From positions 5,984,001 to 6,048,000 of the forward strand of contig OZ001293.3 in the NCBI GenBank assembly GCA_963921275.4: a stretch of DNA of 64,000 bases. Direction: 5' to 3'. Numbering within the stretch: the stretch's first letter is position 1; the number at the start of each line of letters is the position of its first letter. Source of the DNA: an uncultured Hormoscilla sp. (lineage in GTDB: Bacteria > Cyanobacteriota > Cyanobacteriia > Cyanobacteriales > Desertifilaceae). The position numbers were made by a program, and so were the translations under genes. Positions 24,029-36,887 of this stretch are shown here, one piece after another. The notes beneath the pieces were generated by a model that saw only the letters and a program-made list of their open reading frames with translations, did not search any database and was not told the origin of the DNA.

Positions 24029-24454
24029 ATGACTGAAACGCAAGTGGCGCCCTATGGTGCTTGGAAATCTCCGATATCCTCAGATATGATTGTGGCAGGG
24101 GTTGTGGGACTTTCCTCACTTACCCTGGATGGAGAGGATGTTTATTGGATTGAAGGACGACCGGCTGAAGGGGGACGCTATGCGATCGCCCGCTACTCCC
24201 GTGATGAACAAGTCTCTGACGTGACGCCATCTCCTTTTAATGTCCGTACCAGCGTTCACGAGTACGGCGGCGGGGCTTATCTTGTCAGTGAGGGTGTAGA
24301 ATTAGTCATGGCTCAAATGGCTTACGGCTGGGGACCAGAAGAGTTGCACTTTCAGCATCCATATTTAACCATGAGTCAGATTCATTCTGCCTTTGCTTAT
24401 TACTGGGAGCATAAAGAGGAACTTGATGCCGATATCGAAAGGCGAGAGGAGTAA
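24029..24454 (+). pseudogene. Chimeric ORF: S9 peptidase N-terminus fused in frame to DUF433 C-terminus
   Basis: Product of the duplication junction (..AYLVSEG|VELVMAQ..). Confidence 0.85.
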
Positions 24455-24541
24455 GTGAAACAGGCAGAAAAAGCAGCAGGACCATCGCCTATAGCTGCGA
24501 AATTGCGGGCAATGGGGTTATTAACATGAGTATAGCCCTAT

Positions 24542-24880
24542 ATGGATGAGCATGTCCATCAAGGAATTACAACTGAGTTGCGCAAAGTAGATGTTTTGAC
24601 AGTTCAAGAAGATGGAGATACTAGCTTTCCTGACCCCATTATTATTGACCGTGCAACAGAACTATTTCGCGTCATGTTTTCACAAGACCAGGATTTTCTG
24701 GTTGAAGCGAAACTTCGTCAGACTGCGGGGATAAATTTTACTGGTGTCATATACGCCCGTCAATACCATGTCTATATTGGTGATTGTATACGCGACTTGG
24801 AACTGATTGCTAAAGCATGTAATCCTGAAGACTGTGCAAACTTTGTCCAATACCTGCCCTTGTTATCTATAATTTGGTAA
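24542..24880 (+). CDS. DUF5615 PIN-like toxin (copy 2)
   Basis: Identical to 23545-23883 except one G/D change. Confidence 0.7.
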   Translation: MDEHVHQGITTELRKVDVLTVQEDGDTSFPDPIIIDRATELFRVMFSQDQDFLVEAKLRQTAGINFTGVIYARQYHVYIGDCIRDLELIAKACNPEDCANFVQYLPLLSIIW

Positions 24881-25025
24881 TGGAGATAGCCGTGGTTAAA
24901 ACCAGTTGGTAAAAAAAAGATACCCGCTGCTGGTGCGGTGCCCACCCTACTTCAATTAAATTTCCTGGGCCACTATTCTGTTGCAGATGTGAGAAGATGG
25001 ATGAAGCTGTAAATGTTGTGGCAAT

Positions 25026-26951
25026 ATGACTGAAACGCAAGTGGCGCCCTATGGTGCTTGGAAATCTCCGATATCCTCAGATATGATTGTGGCAGGGGTT
25101 GTGGGACTTTCCTCACTTACCCTGGATGGAGAGGATGTTTATTGGATTGAAGGACGACCGGCTGAAGGGGGACGCTATGCGATCGCCCGCTACTCCCGTG
25201 ATGAACAAGTCTCTGACGTGACGCCATCTCCTTTTAATGTCCGTACCCGCGTTCACGAGTACGGCGGCGGGGCTTATCTTGTCAGTGAGGGTGTGGTTTA
25301 TTTCTCGAATTTCAAAGATCAACGTCTTTACCGCCAGACTGTCGGCGGACAACCCCAACCTATAACGCCAGATGCGCCCCTGCGTTATGCTGATGCTGTC
25401 ATTGATAAGGCCAGAAATCGTCTGATCTGCGTGCAGGAAGACCATTCCGGAGAGGGGGAAGCTGTTAATGCGATCGCCAGCATTAATCTGGAAACTGGAG
25501 AGAGTAACCTGCTAGTTTCGGGAAATGATTTTTATTCTTCGCCTCGCCTGAGTCCGGATGGTTCTCAGTTGTGCTGGTTAACCTGGAATCATCCTCATAT
25601 GCCCTGGGATGGTACGGAACTATGGACTGCCCAGATCCAGGCAGATGGCAGTTTGGCAGCAGGAACCCTGGTTGCTGGGGGTACTGATGAATCGGTCTTT
25701 CAACCGGAATGGTCTCCAAAGGGGATTTTGCATTTTGTGTCCGATCGCGGTAACTGGTGGAATCTCTACTGCTACCAAGATGGTCGGGTGTTATCCTTAT
25801 GTGAAAAGACGGCTGAGTTTGGACTTCCCCACTGGGTGTTTGGCATGTCCACCTATGCTTTTGATTCGGAAAATCTGATTATCTGCACTTACACTCAAGG
25901 GGGTAGCTGGTATTTGGCAAGTCTGGATACACAGCAGTTACAGCTAAAAGTAATTGAGACTCCTTACACGAGTATCTATTCTCTATCAGTAGCAGGGGGG
26001 AAAGTGGTTTTTATTGGGGGTTCGGCCACCCAACCGACGGCGATCGTCCAGTTAGATTTGTCTAGCAAGCAGATCGAGGTATTGCGTCAGTCAAGTCAAC
26101 TGGAAGTTGACAAGGGATATTTGTCGGTGCCAGAATCAGTGGAGTTTACTACGGAGAAGGGACTGACTGCTTTTGGTTTCTTTTATCCGCCTCAAAATCA
26201 GGATTACACTGCACCTGCTGGGGAAAAACCTCCTCTGTTAGTTAAAAGTCACGGCGGACCGACAGGATCTACTTCTAGTGCTTTGAGTTTGAAAACTCAA
26301 TATTGGACGAGTCGCGGCTTTGCGGTGCTGGATGTTAATTATGGTGGTAGCACTGGCTATGGTCGGGAATATCGTCAGCGGCTACAGGGCAACTGGGGTA
26401 TTGTGGATGTGGATGATTGCGTGAATGGGGCGAAGTATCTGGTCGAGAAGAGTTTGGTGGATGCTAACAAACTGGCGATCGCGGGTGGCAGTGCGGGGGG
26501 CTACACTACTCTAGCAGCCCTGACCTTCCGCGATACCTTTAAGGCGGGGGCGAGTCGCTACGGGATTAGCGACCTAGAGGCGTTAGTCAGGGATACTCAT
26601 AAGTTTGAGTCCCGTTATGTGGATCGGTTGATCGGTCTTTATCCGGAACGGAAGGATTTATATGAAGCCAGATCGCCCATTCACTTCACGAACCAGCTTT
26701 CCTGTCCGGTTATTTTCTTCCAAGGACTCGAAGATAAAGTTGTCCCACCCAACCAAGCGAAAATGATGGTTGACGCCCTGAAAGCTAAGGGTTTACCTGT
26801 GGCCTATGTTGCTTTTCCAGGGGAACAGCATGGTTTCCGCAAAGCAGAGAATATCAAGCGTTCTTTGGATAAGGAGTTTTACTTTTACTCCCGGGTTTTC
26901 GATTTTACTCCTGCTGACGATCTAGAACCCGTTCCCATTGAGAACCTTTAA
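25026..26951 (+). CDS. S9 family peptidase (prolyl oligopeptidase/acylaminoacyl peptidase)
   Basis: HGGPT, GGSAGG nucleophile elbow, DKVVPP, EQHGF. Confidence 0.93.
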   Translation: MTETQVAPYGAWKSPISSDMIVAGVVGLSSLTLDGEDVYWIEGRPAEGGRYAIARYSRDEQVSDVTPSPFNVRTRVHEYGGGAYLVSEGVVYFSNFKDQRLYRQTVGGQPQPITPDAPLRYADAVIDKARNRLICVQEDHSGEGEAVNAIASINLETGESNLLVSGNDFYSSPRLSPDGSQLCWLTWNHPHMPWDGTELWTAQIQADGSLAAGTLVAGGTDESVFQPEWSPKGILHFVSDRGNWWNLYCYQDGRVLSLCEKTAEFGLPHWVFGMSTYAFDSENLIICTYTQGGSWYLASLDTQQLQLKVIETPYTSIYSLSVAGGKVVFIGGSATQPTAIVQLDLSSKQIEVLRQSSQLEVDKGYLSVPESVEFTTEKGLTAFGFFYPPQNQDYTAPAGEKPPLLVKSHGGPTGSTSSALSLKTQYWTSRGFAVLDVNYGGSTGYGREYRQRLQGNWGIVDVDDCVNGAKYLVEKSLVDANKLAIAGGSAGGYTTLAALTFRDTFKAGASRYGISDLEALVRDTHKFESRYVDRLIGLYPERKDLYEARSPIHFTNQLSCPVIFFQGLEDKVVPPNQAKMMVDALKAKGLPVAYVAFPGEQHGFRKAENIKRSLDKEFYFYSRVFDFTPADDLEPVPIENL

Positions 26952-27129
26952 TCTCTAAATATTTGAAATTGTGAATTGTGAATTATGAATTGAAAATCGG
27001 GATTGCAATAGTTCAATCCCCCCTCACCCTCCTTTGAAAGGGCGGGCTAGATTACTTGCATGGAGATTATCTCCTATTTGTCTGCTTTCCAAATTCTAAA
27101 TTCTCAATTATTTAATTATCCTGTAATGC

Positions 27130-28393
27130 TATCATAACAATGACAAATGAAGGATAACAAATTCCAGATCGCCTGCTCCGCCTATAAATTACCATCAGCA
27201 ACGACAACCCAGCATTATTAGAAGGTTTGGAATCGGTTACGATCCAGTAGAAAAACAGCAGTTTTTCTACTAGCTTGTTACCTGCATTGGGGGTTGGGGA
27301 AATCCGGGATTTCCGCCAATTTTTCGCGCAGCGTTCGCGGTTTACCTGGCCATCTTGCCAATAGCTGCGGTGACTGTTTATCGCAGCCGCCAGGGAAGGC
27401 GATTTCCTCCGACTCTATTAGTATATACGATCGCGGTGCTGCTAATGCGATCTATTTTTGTAGCTGGGGTTAGCATTAACCAACTGGGTTAGCGATCAGT
27501 CTTTGCGGCTGGCTGTTGCTTCCGATGCCTTCGGGATGCTTTGCAAAAACCCCTCAGGCATCGTGGCCGCAACCGAGAAAAGCTGTTACTATTCTGGGGG
27601 GCGGTTTGTTATTTTTAGGGTGGTTGGTGGCGGTGGGAAATCAGTTCCCTTGGCAAGCAACAGCAGTCAGCGGTTTGTCTCTGTGGTGGTTGGCTATCCG
27701 CTTGCAGCAATTTTGGCGACCGATCGATTTAGTAACAATCTTTCTAATCGGATGACAGATGCTATAGCTAGTTTGGCGCTTGATGCCTCGATGCATTCGG
27801 GACGCGCTAATCGCACTGTCCCTTATGCATCGTCAGTTAATTCAGCAAAAAGCAACTCTCATTGCTATCATGTTGACGGGGGCTAGCGATCGCCCCTTTA
27901 GCTTACTCAGTCTGGCCTGGTTTCCCTATTTAATCTTCATGGTAGCGCTGAACGGCTGGTTGTACGAGCAACAGCAGTTCAAGACGGCTCAATTTGGCGA
28001 TCGCCTGGGGGATTTGGGACGTTTTTGGCGATTTTTCGCGCAGCGTTCATCAGCTTGTCCCATCCGATCGCACTGTCCCTTATGCATCGCGGTGCCATTT
28101 GCGCGATCGCCCTATTCACCCAACCCTGGTGGTTATCTGGTATCATCAGTTTAGCCGGGATTTTTGCCAGGTTAGGACTAGCAGTGCGCGCCTTTCTTTA
28201 TATCGGCACTGTCACCTTTTTGCTGAATGCCTGCAATCAGTTGGTGATTTTAAGCGGTCTCTATGCCTTTGTTAAATCGGCGATCAGGTTAATAGCAGGA
28301 ATCATTTTAATCGCCATTGCGGCCAACTTTGAAACCCGCCGGGAACAAATAACCCCTGCGGTGCGGACAGCACAATTACAAGACTGGCAGTAA
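27130..28393 (+). pseudogene. Heavily deleted multi-pass membrane protein gene (DUF2157-like)
   Basis: Hydrophobic fragments in several frames ending VRAFLYIGT..AANFETRRE..LQDWQ. Confidence 0.55.
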
Positions 28394-28699
28394 ACATTCA
28401 CAATTCACAATTGGGTAAATTATTTAGCAACTGTAGGTTGGGTTGAGGCACGGATGCTGTTGGCGAAATCCATCTCGAAAGACGAATAAGAGCGTGCTAC
28501 AAGAACGAGAAATCTTTACTTGGACGATTAGTAATACTCGATGTAAGATGCTTGGTAGCACATTAGCCAACAGTATCAGGCACGGCACGAAACCCAACCT
28601 AATCTCCCGAAATTAGACAGCAGGAACGGATACGGGTTTTATAGTAGCTTGCAATTCAAAAGATCCAGATGCTAGGGGGAGTCATCTCCAGACTTACAC

Positions 28700-30378
28700 T
28701 TAATTCCTCTTCCCTAACTCCTGAGGGATGCTGCCAGTCAGGCGGTTGCGGGGCCGCAATAGTCTCGTCACCCTGTGGCCAATTACCGTCACCCCCTCCC
28801 AATCGTCAATAATAGAAGCATCGGGGGGAGTTGTGCTGTCAGCCCAGCCTCCATTGTTCCGCCAAGAAGCCCCACCCGTGCCAAGGTATAGAGCTTTCAG
28901 GGCCTGATAATCCTTGTCGGTAAGAGGGGAGTTCACATTATCACATTCATGTCAAACATACCTGTCCCTTCATATCCGGCTTGGTCGATGGCGGTTACCG
29001 TTACGATAAAGGTGCCTTCGCTAGTAGGGATACCGCTGATAACTCCCTGAGAGTTGATGGTTAAGCCCCCTGGTAAACCGGTAGCTGTGTAGTTGTTGAT
29101 GTTGTCATTGATGTCGCCGAAGTTTTCGCTAATGTCTATCTTGAGGTCATTCCCTAGCAAGGGATTAACATCGGGAATCTGGGTTTTTACATAAGGGGGG
29201 TTTTCCAATCGCTTGTTACCCTGCCAATCTAGGATATCTTGGGGGATGCTGCCAGTCAGGCGGTTGTTGTGCAGGCCGAGGCGTCGCAAATTGTCCAGAC
29301 TCCCTAACTCAGTCGGGATGCTGCCAGTCAGTTGGTTGTTGGACAGTCTGAGCCATCCCAAATCGTCCAGACTCCCTAACTCAGTCGGGATGCTGTCAGT
29401 CAGTTGGTTGTTGGACAGGGAGAGAGCAAGCAAATTGTCCAGATTCCCTAACTCAGTCGGGATGCTGCCAGTCAGTTGGTTGTTGGACAGGCTGAGGCGT
29501 CGCAAATTGTCCAGATTCCCTAACTCCTGAGGGATGCCGCCAGTCAGGAGGTTGTTGGACAGGTTGAGCCATCTCAAATTGGAAAGATTCCCTAACTCAG
29601 TCGGGATGCTGCCAGTCAATTGGTTGCGTTTCAGGTTGAGCCCCGTCACCCTGTCGTCAATTACCGTCACCCCATGCCAACGGTGCTTAACAATAGAAGC
29701 ATCGGGGGGAGTTGGGCTGTTGAAATCCCAGCTAGCCCAGCCTTCATTGTTACTCCAAGAAGCCCCACCCGTGTTAAGGTATAGAGCCTTCAGGGCCTGA
29801 TAATCCTTGTTGTTAAGAGGGGGCTCCTCTATAACAATGTCAAAGATATCTTTCCCTTCATTTCCATGTTGGTCGATGGCGGTTACCGTTACGGTAAAGA
29901 TGCCTTCGCTAGTAGGGATACCGCTGATAACTCCTCCACGGTTGATAGTTAAGCCCCCTGGTAAACCGGTAGCTGTGTAATTGTTGATGTTGTCATTGAT
30001 GTCGCCGAAGTTTTCGCTAATGTCTAGGTTGAGGTTATTACCTAGCAAGAACTCGTCGTCGGGAATCTGGGTTTTTACATAAGGGGGGTTTTCCAACCGC
30101 TTTTCAGCCCGCAAATCTAAGACCTCTTGGGGGATGGTGCCAGTCAGTTGGTTGTCGTGCAGGTCGAGCCATTTCAAATTGGAAAGATTCCCTAACTCCT
30201 TCGGGATGCTGCCAGTCAGTTGGTTATTGTACAGGGCGATCCCTCGCAAATCGGAAAGATTCCCTAACTCCTTCGGGATGCCGCCAGTCAGGAGCCGGAT
30301 GCTGTCTATTAGCTGCTGGTAGTTTTCTAAAGAGGCATCCACTACTACCATGCTGTTGGTAAAGGATTTATGCTTCAT
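28700..30378 (-). pseudogene. Leucine-rich repeat / He_PIG-like Ig surface protein, truncated and frameshifted
   Basis: 24-aa LRRs (LSNNQLTGSIPTELGNL), duplicated YTATGLPGGLTIN..ISGIPT Ig modules, ALKALY..GASW caps; frameshift at ~28935; N-terminus VVVDASLENYQQLI resembles a DUF4347 start. Confidence 0.8.
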
Positions 30379-30749
30379 TTTTTGGTTCCTCCCGCATTTT
30401 TGGGCCGAGGTGCTAATACCATGCCTACTATTAGTGTACATCATATTTCCGCTAATAACGGGTGCGGCTCGGAATTTTTTGAGCAATTTTCGACTCTGGT
30501 CGGTGGGTGTGGTTAAAACCCGTTGGTAGGAGGCCTCCCCAGCCCTCACCCTAAAGGGTCCGGCTACATGAACAAAGCCCGCCTGCGCGGGCTATATACA
30601 TGTATCATCGATGCACCCGGCTATCAACTACTTATGACCACACCCCTGGTCGGTAGCCGGCGATCCCTCCCCAGCGGGGGGGAGCAATTTGCCCCCGGGG
30701 GGCTGGAGGGGCTCTTCTTGCCAATGGGCGCAAGACCACACTCCTGATT

Positions 30750-30835
30750 TTACTCTGGCCTTGGAGGTGCTTACTCTGGCCTTGGAGGTGCTTACTCTGG
30801 CCTTGGAGGTGCTTACTCCGGCCTTGGAGTTACTC
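30750..30835. repeat. 21-bp tandem repeat, about 4 units
   Basis: TACTCTGGCCTTGGAGGTGCT repeated. Confidence 0.9.
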
Positions 30836-31411
30836 AACTGCCCTTTGGTAATCTTGTCTCACGTCAAAGCCAAAGGTTGTGACGCCAGGTTGTGACGCCA
30901 CGGAATGACTCTCGTACTTGGTGGAATGATTCAGTTACTTCTGGAAATGAACACTTACTCCTAAAAATGAATAATTTTTCCCGGGAATGACTGAGTCACT
31001 CCCGGGAGTTCTGAAGTTATTCCCGGATAAATATTTCTATTGTTAAAGGGCGTGAGCGTAGGCTGCGACTTTGGAGGCCAACGCAATTTAGGGAGAAAGC
31101 CCAGAGTCGGCTGAGATGTCTAAAGGGCGCACTACTCGTATTGCCCTTACGACATAGACATTTTGTCCCGTCAAGTGATGGGTGCGGCTCAAAAGTATCT
31201 GGCGACTGGAAGAGATCGTGAGGATCAACAGGTTTTGACCACACTTTGTCTACACCGGTGCTAGCAGAAGGCGATTGCTATCTCCCCAGGAGCTAATATC
31301 AAATAGGTCAGCTCAACCGCGCTCCACTCCCGCGTTGTCGCCTTCTCTACGGGAGCCCCTCCGCGCTTTATTTCCCTCGATCGCTACTGACCAACCGAAA
31401 GGTATCACGAG

Positions 31412-31694
31412 GTGATACCAGTCACAATTGTCGGTCCTGGGATATTTGAGTTGTTGTGCAACTGCGTCATCAACGACCCCTTTAAGCGCGAGTTTGATTT
31501 TGACGATCGCCCCAAATTGCCCTTTCCGCACTCCTGGAACATCATCCCCACAAGCCCCGCACCCTGGAGTCGCTGCGCGATACTGCTGCGCGATCGGGCC
31601 GAAAATGACCCGGATAATAAACTGCGGAAATTTGCCTAGAAACGATTGCAACATTGGGAAAATCGTATCGTCCGATCGCCCGCCAATTAGCTAA
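31412..31694 (+). pseudogene. C-terminal remnant of a HEAT-repeat protein
   Basis: ELLCNCVINDPF..LLRDRAENDPDNKLRKFA with frameshifts; by resemblance only. Confidence 0.35.
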
Positions 31695-31784
31695 CAAGCT
31701 GACGCTATGCCCCGATGGTGTGTTATACCATTATAGGTTGGGTTGAGGTACGAAACCCAACCTATAACTTAACAATTACAGCGA

Positions 31785-33014
31785 TTACCGCAACAGCAGC
31801 AAAACTACCTGAAGACATCCCACGACAACACCCAATAGCCCACCCAAATTCACGATCGCCTGCAACTCGCTTTTAACAATTCCATTAATGGCGATCTCTA
31901 AATCCGGAGGAGAAGTAGCATTCACCCGCTCAACAATTACCCGATCAATATTCAAAATTGGTATTGCCATCGTTACAATTACTTCCAAGTCTTTTTCCAA
32001 ATAGCGGTCCAAAACTAAAGCCAGTTCCTTACTAACTATCTCCAGGGAAGCATTCACCACCGCCGAATTCCGCAGACGGCTGAGCACTAACTTCGCCACA
32101 TTTTCCCAGTCGATCGACTCACCTAAACTCTGAAGCAGATCCGCACCGCGACTTTGAATATAATTGCGCACCGCATCTCGGATCGTTTTCCGCAGCTGTC
32201 GCACCGTCAACACTGGCAAATTTTGCAAAGATAAACTTTGCAACCATTCCGTGACGCTTTCTTTTACTCCCAGAGATACAATTAACTCACCGATCCGTTG
32301 ATTAGTTTCTGACTTTTCATCCAAGCAATAGGTGCGCAAACGAGTCAGGGAGTTCCGCAAACCTAATAAATTAGCAACCACCCAATAAGTCCCACTGGAC
32401 TTTTCCCGAAACCCTTCATCAATTACCTGGATATTGCGGTCCGTGAGAAAATCAATTATCGCCAGGCGGATCACTTCCGGCGGCACTACCATCTGAAACA
32501 GCCAATCAGCAAGCGATCGGGCCTGTTCTTCAGTCATTTTAAATTCCACCAAAACTCGGTCAAAAATTTGATTAAGCTGTGATTGCAGGAAATCTTCCCG
32601 TCGTGCTAATACCTTCATTAGCCTCGGTAGCGATTTTCCCAGTAAATCCCGGAGAATCCCTGCTAAGATATGAGTAGTTTTCTGCTCTTTATCAGATTGA
32701 ATTTGGTCGAGCGCCAGCTTCAGCAACCAGAGAATCGCCGCCTGAGTTCGTTCCGTTTGCAGCAGGCGTTTTGCCAGATTTTGCAACTCCTCTGGCGTCA
32801 GCAGCGACCCCATAATTATATCAGCGACCCGCTTTGCCAAACGTCCCTGGTTGCTAGGAATCAAACCCGGAGTAAAAGGCAACTTGCGCTTGCCGATATT
32901 GATAGGTCGATAAGGGCGAAATAACATTTTAATGGCTAAATCATTCGTAAAATAGCCAATCACTCCACCCGCCAGGGGCGGAATCATATAAATCCATAAT
33001 TCTGAGAGATTCAA
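31785..33014 (-). CDS. DUF445 family membrane-anchored protein
   Basis: [40 protein letters not shown]. Confidence 0.9.
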   Translation of the reverse strand: MNLSELWIYMIPPLAGGVIGYFTNDLAIKMLFRPYRPINIGKRKLPFTPGLIPSNQGRLAKRVADIIMGSLLTPEELQNLAKRLLQTERTQAAILWLLKLALDQIQSDKEQKTTHILAGILRDLLGKSLPRLMKVLARREDFLQSQLNQIFDRVLVEFKMTEEQARSLADWLFQMVVPPEVIRLAIIDFLTDRNIQVIDEGFREKSSGTYWVVANLLGLRNSLTRLRTYCLDEKSETNQRIGELIVSLGVKESVTEWLQSLSLQNLPVLTVRQLRKTIRDAVRNYIQSRGADLLQSLGESIDWENVAKLVLSRLRNSAVVNASLEIVSKELALVLDRYLEKDLEVIVTMAIPILNIDRVIVERVNATSPPDLEIAINGIVKSELQAIVNLGGLLGVVVGCLQVVLLLLR

Positions 33015-33078
33015 GGCAACAATCTTATTCGTCAGGAACGTAGGATGGGCGTCTCGCCTGTCCGTAATGAATAACTAA

Positions 33079-33780
33079 TCAGGCTTTTGTAACTACCAAT
33101 ACTCCCATCATACCGCTAGCTATGGGATAATGTGTAGCGATCGCAAATCCAGCAAGACGAGCCAAAGTCACCTGTCCTCTGCCATTGGGGAAACGCTCCA
33201 AACTAGGAAGAATATAAGCATATTCTTCCCTCAGACCCAGTTGCTGGGCGACTGGCACCACAATATTGTCTAGATACCACTGCTGAAAAGCTCGACCATA
33301 GGGCTGACTGGGACGATGAAAATCTAGGATAGCAGCTAACGCACCCGGTTTGAGCACCCGATGCAACTCCTGGAGACAACCGGGAATATCCATTACGTTC
33401 CGCAGTCCATAGCTCATGGTCGCCGCATCAAAGAAATTATCGATAAAAGGTAAATTCACAACATCAGCTTCTACCCAGCAAATGTCCTGCTTCGGGTACT
33501 GGCGATCGCACCGTTCTTGGGCGATCGCCAGGAGTTGCGGCGCAAAATCCACCCCATAGACTCTACCAGAAGCACCCACCTGACGTCCCAGTAACAAAGC
33601 CATATCCCCACTGCCACAGCACAGGTCCAAGCATACATCTCCAGCCTTTGCCTCACACCACTTGAGAGTCATTTGCTTCCAAACCCGGTGTTGACCCAGA
33701 CTCAACCAGTCATTGAGTCTATCATATACCGGTGCTATCCGGTCAAAGATAGCGCGAACTTGAGAGTCACTGGTCATCAT
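33079..33780 (-). CDS. menG: Demethylphylloquinol/demethylmenaquinone methyltransferase
   Basis: FDRIAPVYDRLNDWLSLGQH, LDLCCGSGD, YGLRNV. Confidence 0.9.
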   Translation of the reverse strand: MMTSDSQVRAIFDRIAPVYDRLNDWLSLGQHRVWKQMTLKWCEAKAGDVCLDLCCGSGDMALLLGRQVGASGRVYGVDFAPQLLAIAQERCDRQYPKQDICWVEADVVNLPFIDNFFDAATMSYGLRNVMDIPGCLQELHRVLKPGALAAILDFHRPSQPYGRAFQQWYLDNIVVPVAQQLGLREEYAYILPSLERFPNGRGQVTLARLAGFAIATHYPIASGMMGVLVVTKA

Positions 33781-34741
33781 GCAGGAGTTTTATAGTCGCG
33801 AGCACATACTAGCATCAGGGCCACCTGTTGAGCACAGAGGTGAATCAGTACCACTTCATCCTCTCGGAGTTTGCTGGGTTGCTGCCATTGCAGGGACAGC
33901 ACTGCTAGCATTTCGCTTTGATAGATAATGGGCACAACCAGATGAGCTTGAATGCCACTGGCTTTGTAATGCTCCAAATTCCCATGAGCTTTATCACCTG
34001 GGATATTCGGCAAAATCTGAAATTCTATAGACCCGATCGCCTCCTTTACCAGAGGATCTTCCGCCAGCCAATTAGACCGTTCACTAGCAGGACTATAACT
34101 ACCTTGAGTTGCTTGTAGCTGCTCGGTTTCCATCAGTTGAAGGATACAGACATCCGCTGCGAAATTCTTGCCAAAAGCCATCGCGATCGGGTCTAGGGAG
34201 TCCGACAAGCTTAATTTTTCCCCGCCACCTGGACGATCGTCTTCAGCAGTGCCATTTGAGCCTCAGCCAGTTGCAACTCCAGAGTCTTTTGCTTCAGGAG
34301 TTCATAGGTCTCTACCGCCCGTTGCACCACCCCCTTCAACTCATTCGGGTCCCAAGGCTTAGTGATGTACTTATAGACCTGTCCGGAATTTATTGCATCC
34401 ACCAGGTCTTCTACATCCGTAAAACCCGTGAGGATAATCCGCATTGTATTCGGGAAATCCGGCACCGTCTTACTCAGGAACTCCGTTCCCTTCATCTCCG
34501 GCATCCACTGGTCAGAGATGATCACAGCCACTTCACCTTCTTTGGCCAGTACATCCAAAGCCTCTATACCACTATCGGCTTTGTACACTTGAAAATCTCG
34601 CCTGAATGTACGGTATAGCAGATCCAGATTATCTGGCTCATCGTCCACCACCATCATCTTCGGCTTCTGCTTCTTTTGTCGTCGCTCCATACTCATCAAC
34701 TTGCCGCTGATATATTCCAGCTCCGGTATAGGATTTTTCAT
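33777..34741 (-). pseudogene. Response regulator receiver + GAF protein, split at ~34210
   Basis: VVDDEPDN..IISDQWMP..ITKPW (34211-34741) and a GAF fragment (33777-34208) separated by 2 nt. Confidence 0.7.
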
Positions 34742-35022
34742 ACAATAGTCTCTCCTTGCTGCAATTTACCGACAAGCAGCCAGTCTATCTGCATCCCTTA
34801 TCCTTGGGTATCATGAGAGTGGACTCACCACTTGTGCAGTCCTAGGCCCTCAAGTAGATCCAACTGTCGGCCCTTTGGCAAGGAATCAACCGATCAAAAG
34901 CGTCAGCCCTCTCACAAGCCCCCGGAGTGTATATTTTTCCCAGCCATCATCTCTTTGGTCTTCGATATCCCCCAGAGGGGACGCTTTCGGTGTGTCCCCT
35001 CTGGGGGATATCGCCGATCGAT

Positions 35023-35334
35023 TTACTCTGCCGATCGCATCGGATACCCAACTACCACCCGATTAAGACTGGTCTCTGTCTGACCGGCTATTCTTCCCTT
35101 CCCCTCTTGTGGTATCACCCAGGTTAGAGATTGCTTATACTCACTTGCGTGAATCTGTTGCATGTAGCCAACATAATGTCCCATCAGGAAATAAACTGCT
35201 ACCATAGCGGCAGCCGCTACTGCTACCAGAAAGCCTGCTAACATCAAGGAAAACTCCTGCTGCTCAACCGCTTCTTCCATCAAGCGGAGAGACCAGGCTA
35301 CCAATAATATCACAATTACCAGAATCATAAACAT
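35023..35334 (-). CDS. Small hypothetical membrane protein
   Basis: Two hydrophobic helices, QEFSLMLAG motif, upstream AGGT. Confidence 0.6.
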   Translation of the reverse strand: MFMILVIVILLVAWSLRLMEEAVEQQEFSLMLAGFLVAVAAAAMVAVYFLMGHYVGYMQQIHASEYKQSLTWVIPQEGKGRIAGQTETSLNRVVVGYPMRSAE

Positions 35335-36116
35335 GGTTTTTACCTAACCCGATCTTGACTCAATCGACCTTGACTGAATTTTTATCCCACTTTCCGCACG
35401 ACAATTTGTCTCATACCTCGTAGTAGGTATTTTTTTGTAATATTACTATTAAATACTTTTTGTAATACGTACTATCTGGCAATTTAGCAAACAATACGAT
35501 GCACTCTGCCCGCGCTACTCGCACTGCTTAATGTGCTCTGCGCGCTTGATGTCCCCACGATATCTCTTGTGTGCCGTGCGCGCAGCGTGGCGCAGCCATG
35601 TCCCCTGGGACAAGAGCACAACAAGAGATATCTCTTGACGCACGGCGAAAACCCGGGGGACATCATCTGAGCACTACGCAGAGCACATTAATCGCACATC
35701 GACGTCTGATTTTTAGCGTAGCGTGTTGCACATTTTGGGGATGATGCCATTGTTTGCACATAACTGAAAGTGGCTTATAGTCTAGGTTTAAGACTTATGC
35801 AATGAGTGACTTTAACATCCGGGCTCTTAAGAAAATCTGTTAGTAGTTTTAGTTGTCCATTGTCAGATCATTTTTACCTCACTTTTCAATCTGTACGTAA
35901 TTTGATTAAAGCATAAAAACTGCTACAAGTCAAGCCCGGCAAAAGTTTCGCTCTTATTCTGTAACAATTTTAGTTCAATGCCAACGAGTGTTTATCTGAT
36001 AGTTTAGCTTCCCAAGTACCGAAGAGCCACAATGTTGATGTATTTGCCGCTCACTTGCGCGAGTCGGGCGCGATGTGTGGGCTTAGATTTTGTCTAAGTC
36101 CCGCTAGGCAACCCAA

Positions 36117-36887
36117 TCACTCAAAGCGGACGGGGACTTGGCGGCCTGCCAGATGCTGTTTAATTTGACTTACTGTTAATTGTCCGCAATGCAGTAGGGA
36201 AGCTAAGAGGGCGGCTTCGGCTTGGCCCGTGGTGAGGGCTTGATAGATGTGGTCGCAGTTGCCAGCACCACCAGAGGCAATCACGGGAATTTCCACTGCT
36301 TCGGCAATGGTGCGGGTAAGTTCCAAGTCATATCCCGCCTGGGTGCCATCGGCGTCCATGCTGGTGACTAGCAATTCACCGGCACCGCGTTGCTCTACTT
36401 CTTGGGCCCAGCTGATGGCGTCAAGACCAGTGTTTTCCCTGCCGCCGCGCACGTAGACATCCCAACCGGGGTTAGCTCGATCTGATCGTCGTCTAGCGTC
36501 AATGGCCACGACAATACATTGATTCCCGAAGCGGGAACTGGCTCGATTAATAAAGTCGGGGTCGCGCACCGCTGCTGAGTTGATACTCACTTTATCGGCC
36601 CCAGCTCTTAACAAATCTTTAATCATTTGCTCCGATCCGATACCGCCACCGACAGTCAAGGGAATAAATACCTGTTCGGCTGTGCGGTAGACGACATCGA
36701 TAATGATATCCCGGTCTTCGTGGGTAGCGGTGATATCCAAAAAAACGAGCTCGTCAGCACCAGCGTCATTGTAGACCTGTGCTAATTCTACAGGATCGCC
36801 AGCATCAATGAGGTTGACAAAATTGACGCCTTTGACTACCCGACCAGCTTTGACATCCAGACAAGGCAAAATTCGCCTGGCTAACAT
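36117..36887 (-). CDS. hisF: Imidazole glycerol phosphate synthase subunit HisF
   Basis: [43 protein letters not shown]. Confidence 0.97.
   Translation of the reverse strand: MLARRILPCLDVKAGRVVKGVNFVNLIDAGDPVELAQVYNDAGADELVFLDITATHEDRDIIIDVVYRTAEQVFIPLTVGGGIGSEQMIKDLLRAGADKVSINSAAVRDPDFINRASSRFGNQCIVVAIDARRRSDRANPGWDVYVRGGRENTGLDAISWAQEVEQRGAGELLVTSMDADGTQAGYDLELTRTIAEAVEIPVIASGGAGNCDHIYQALTTGQAEAALLASLLHCGQLTVSQIKQHLAGRQVPVRFE

Larger units (their letters stand above)
23299..25294. repeat. 997-bp tandem duplication
   Basis: 23299-24297 repeats as 24296-25294; junction at a GT microhomology; three substitutions seen. Confidence 0.92.

Noticed and set aside
30628..30895. ORFs with SKARVST / LALEVLT repeats
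   Set aside because: They are translations of a 21-bp tandem repeat with no other coding evidence.
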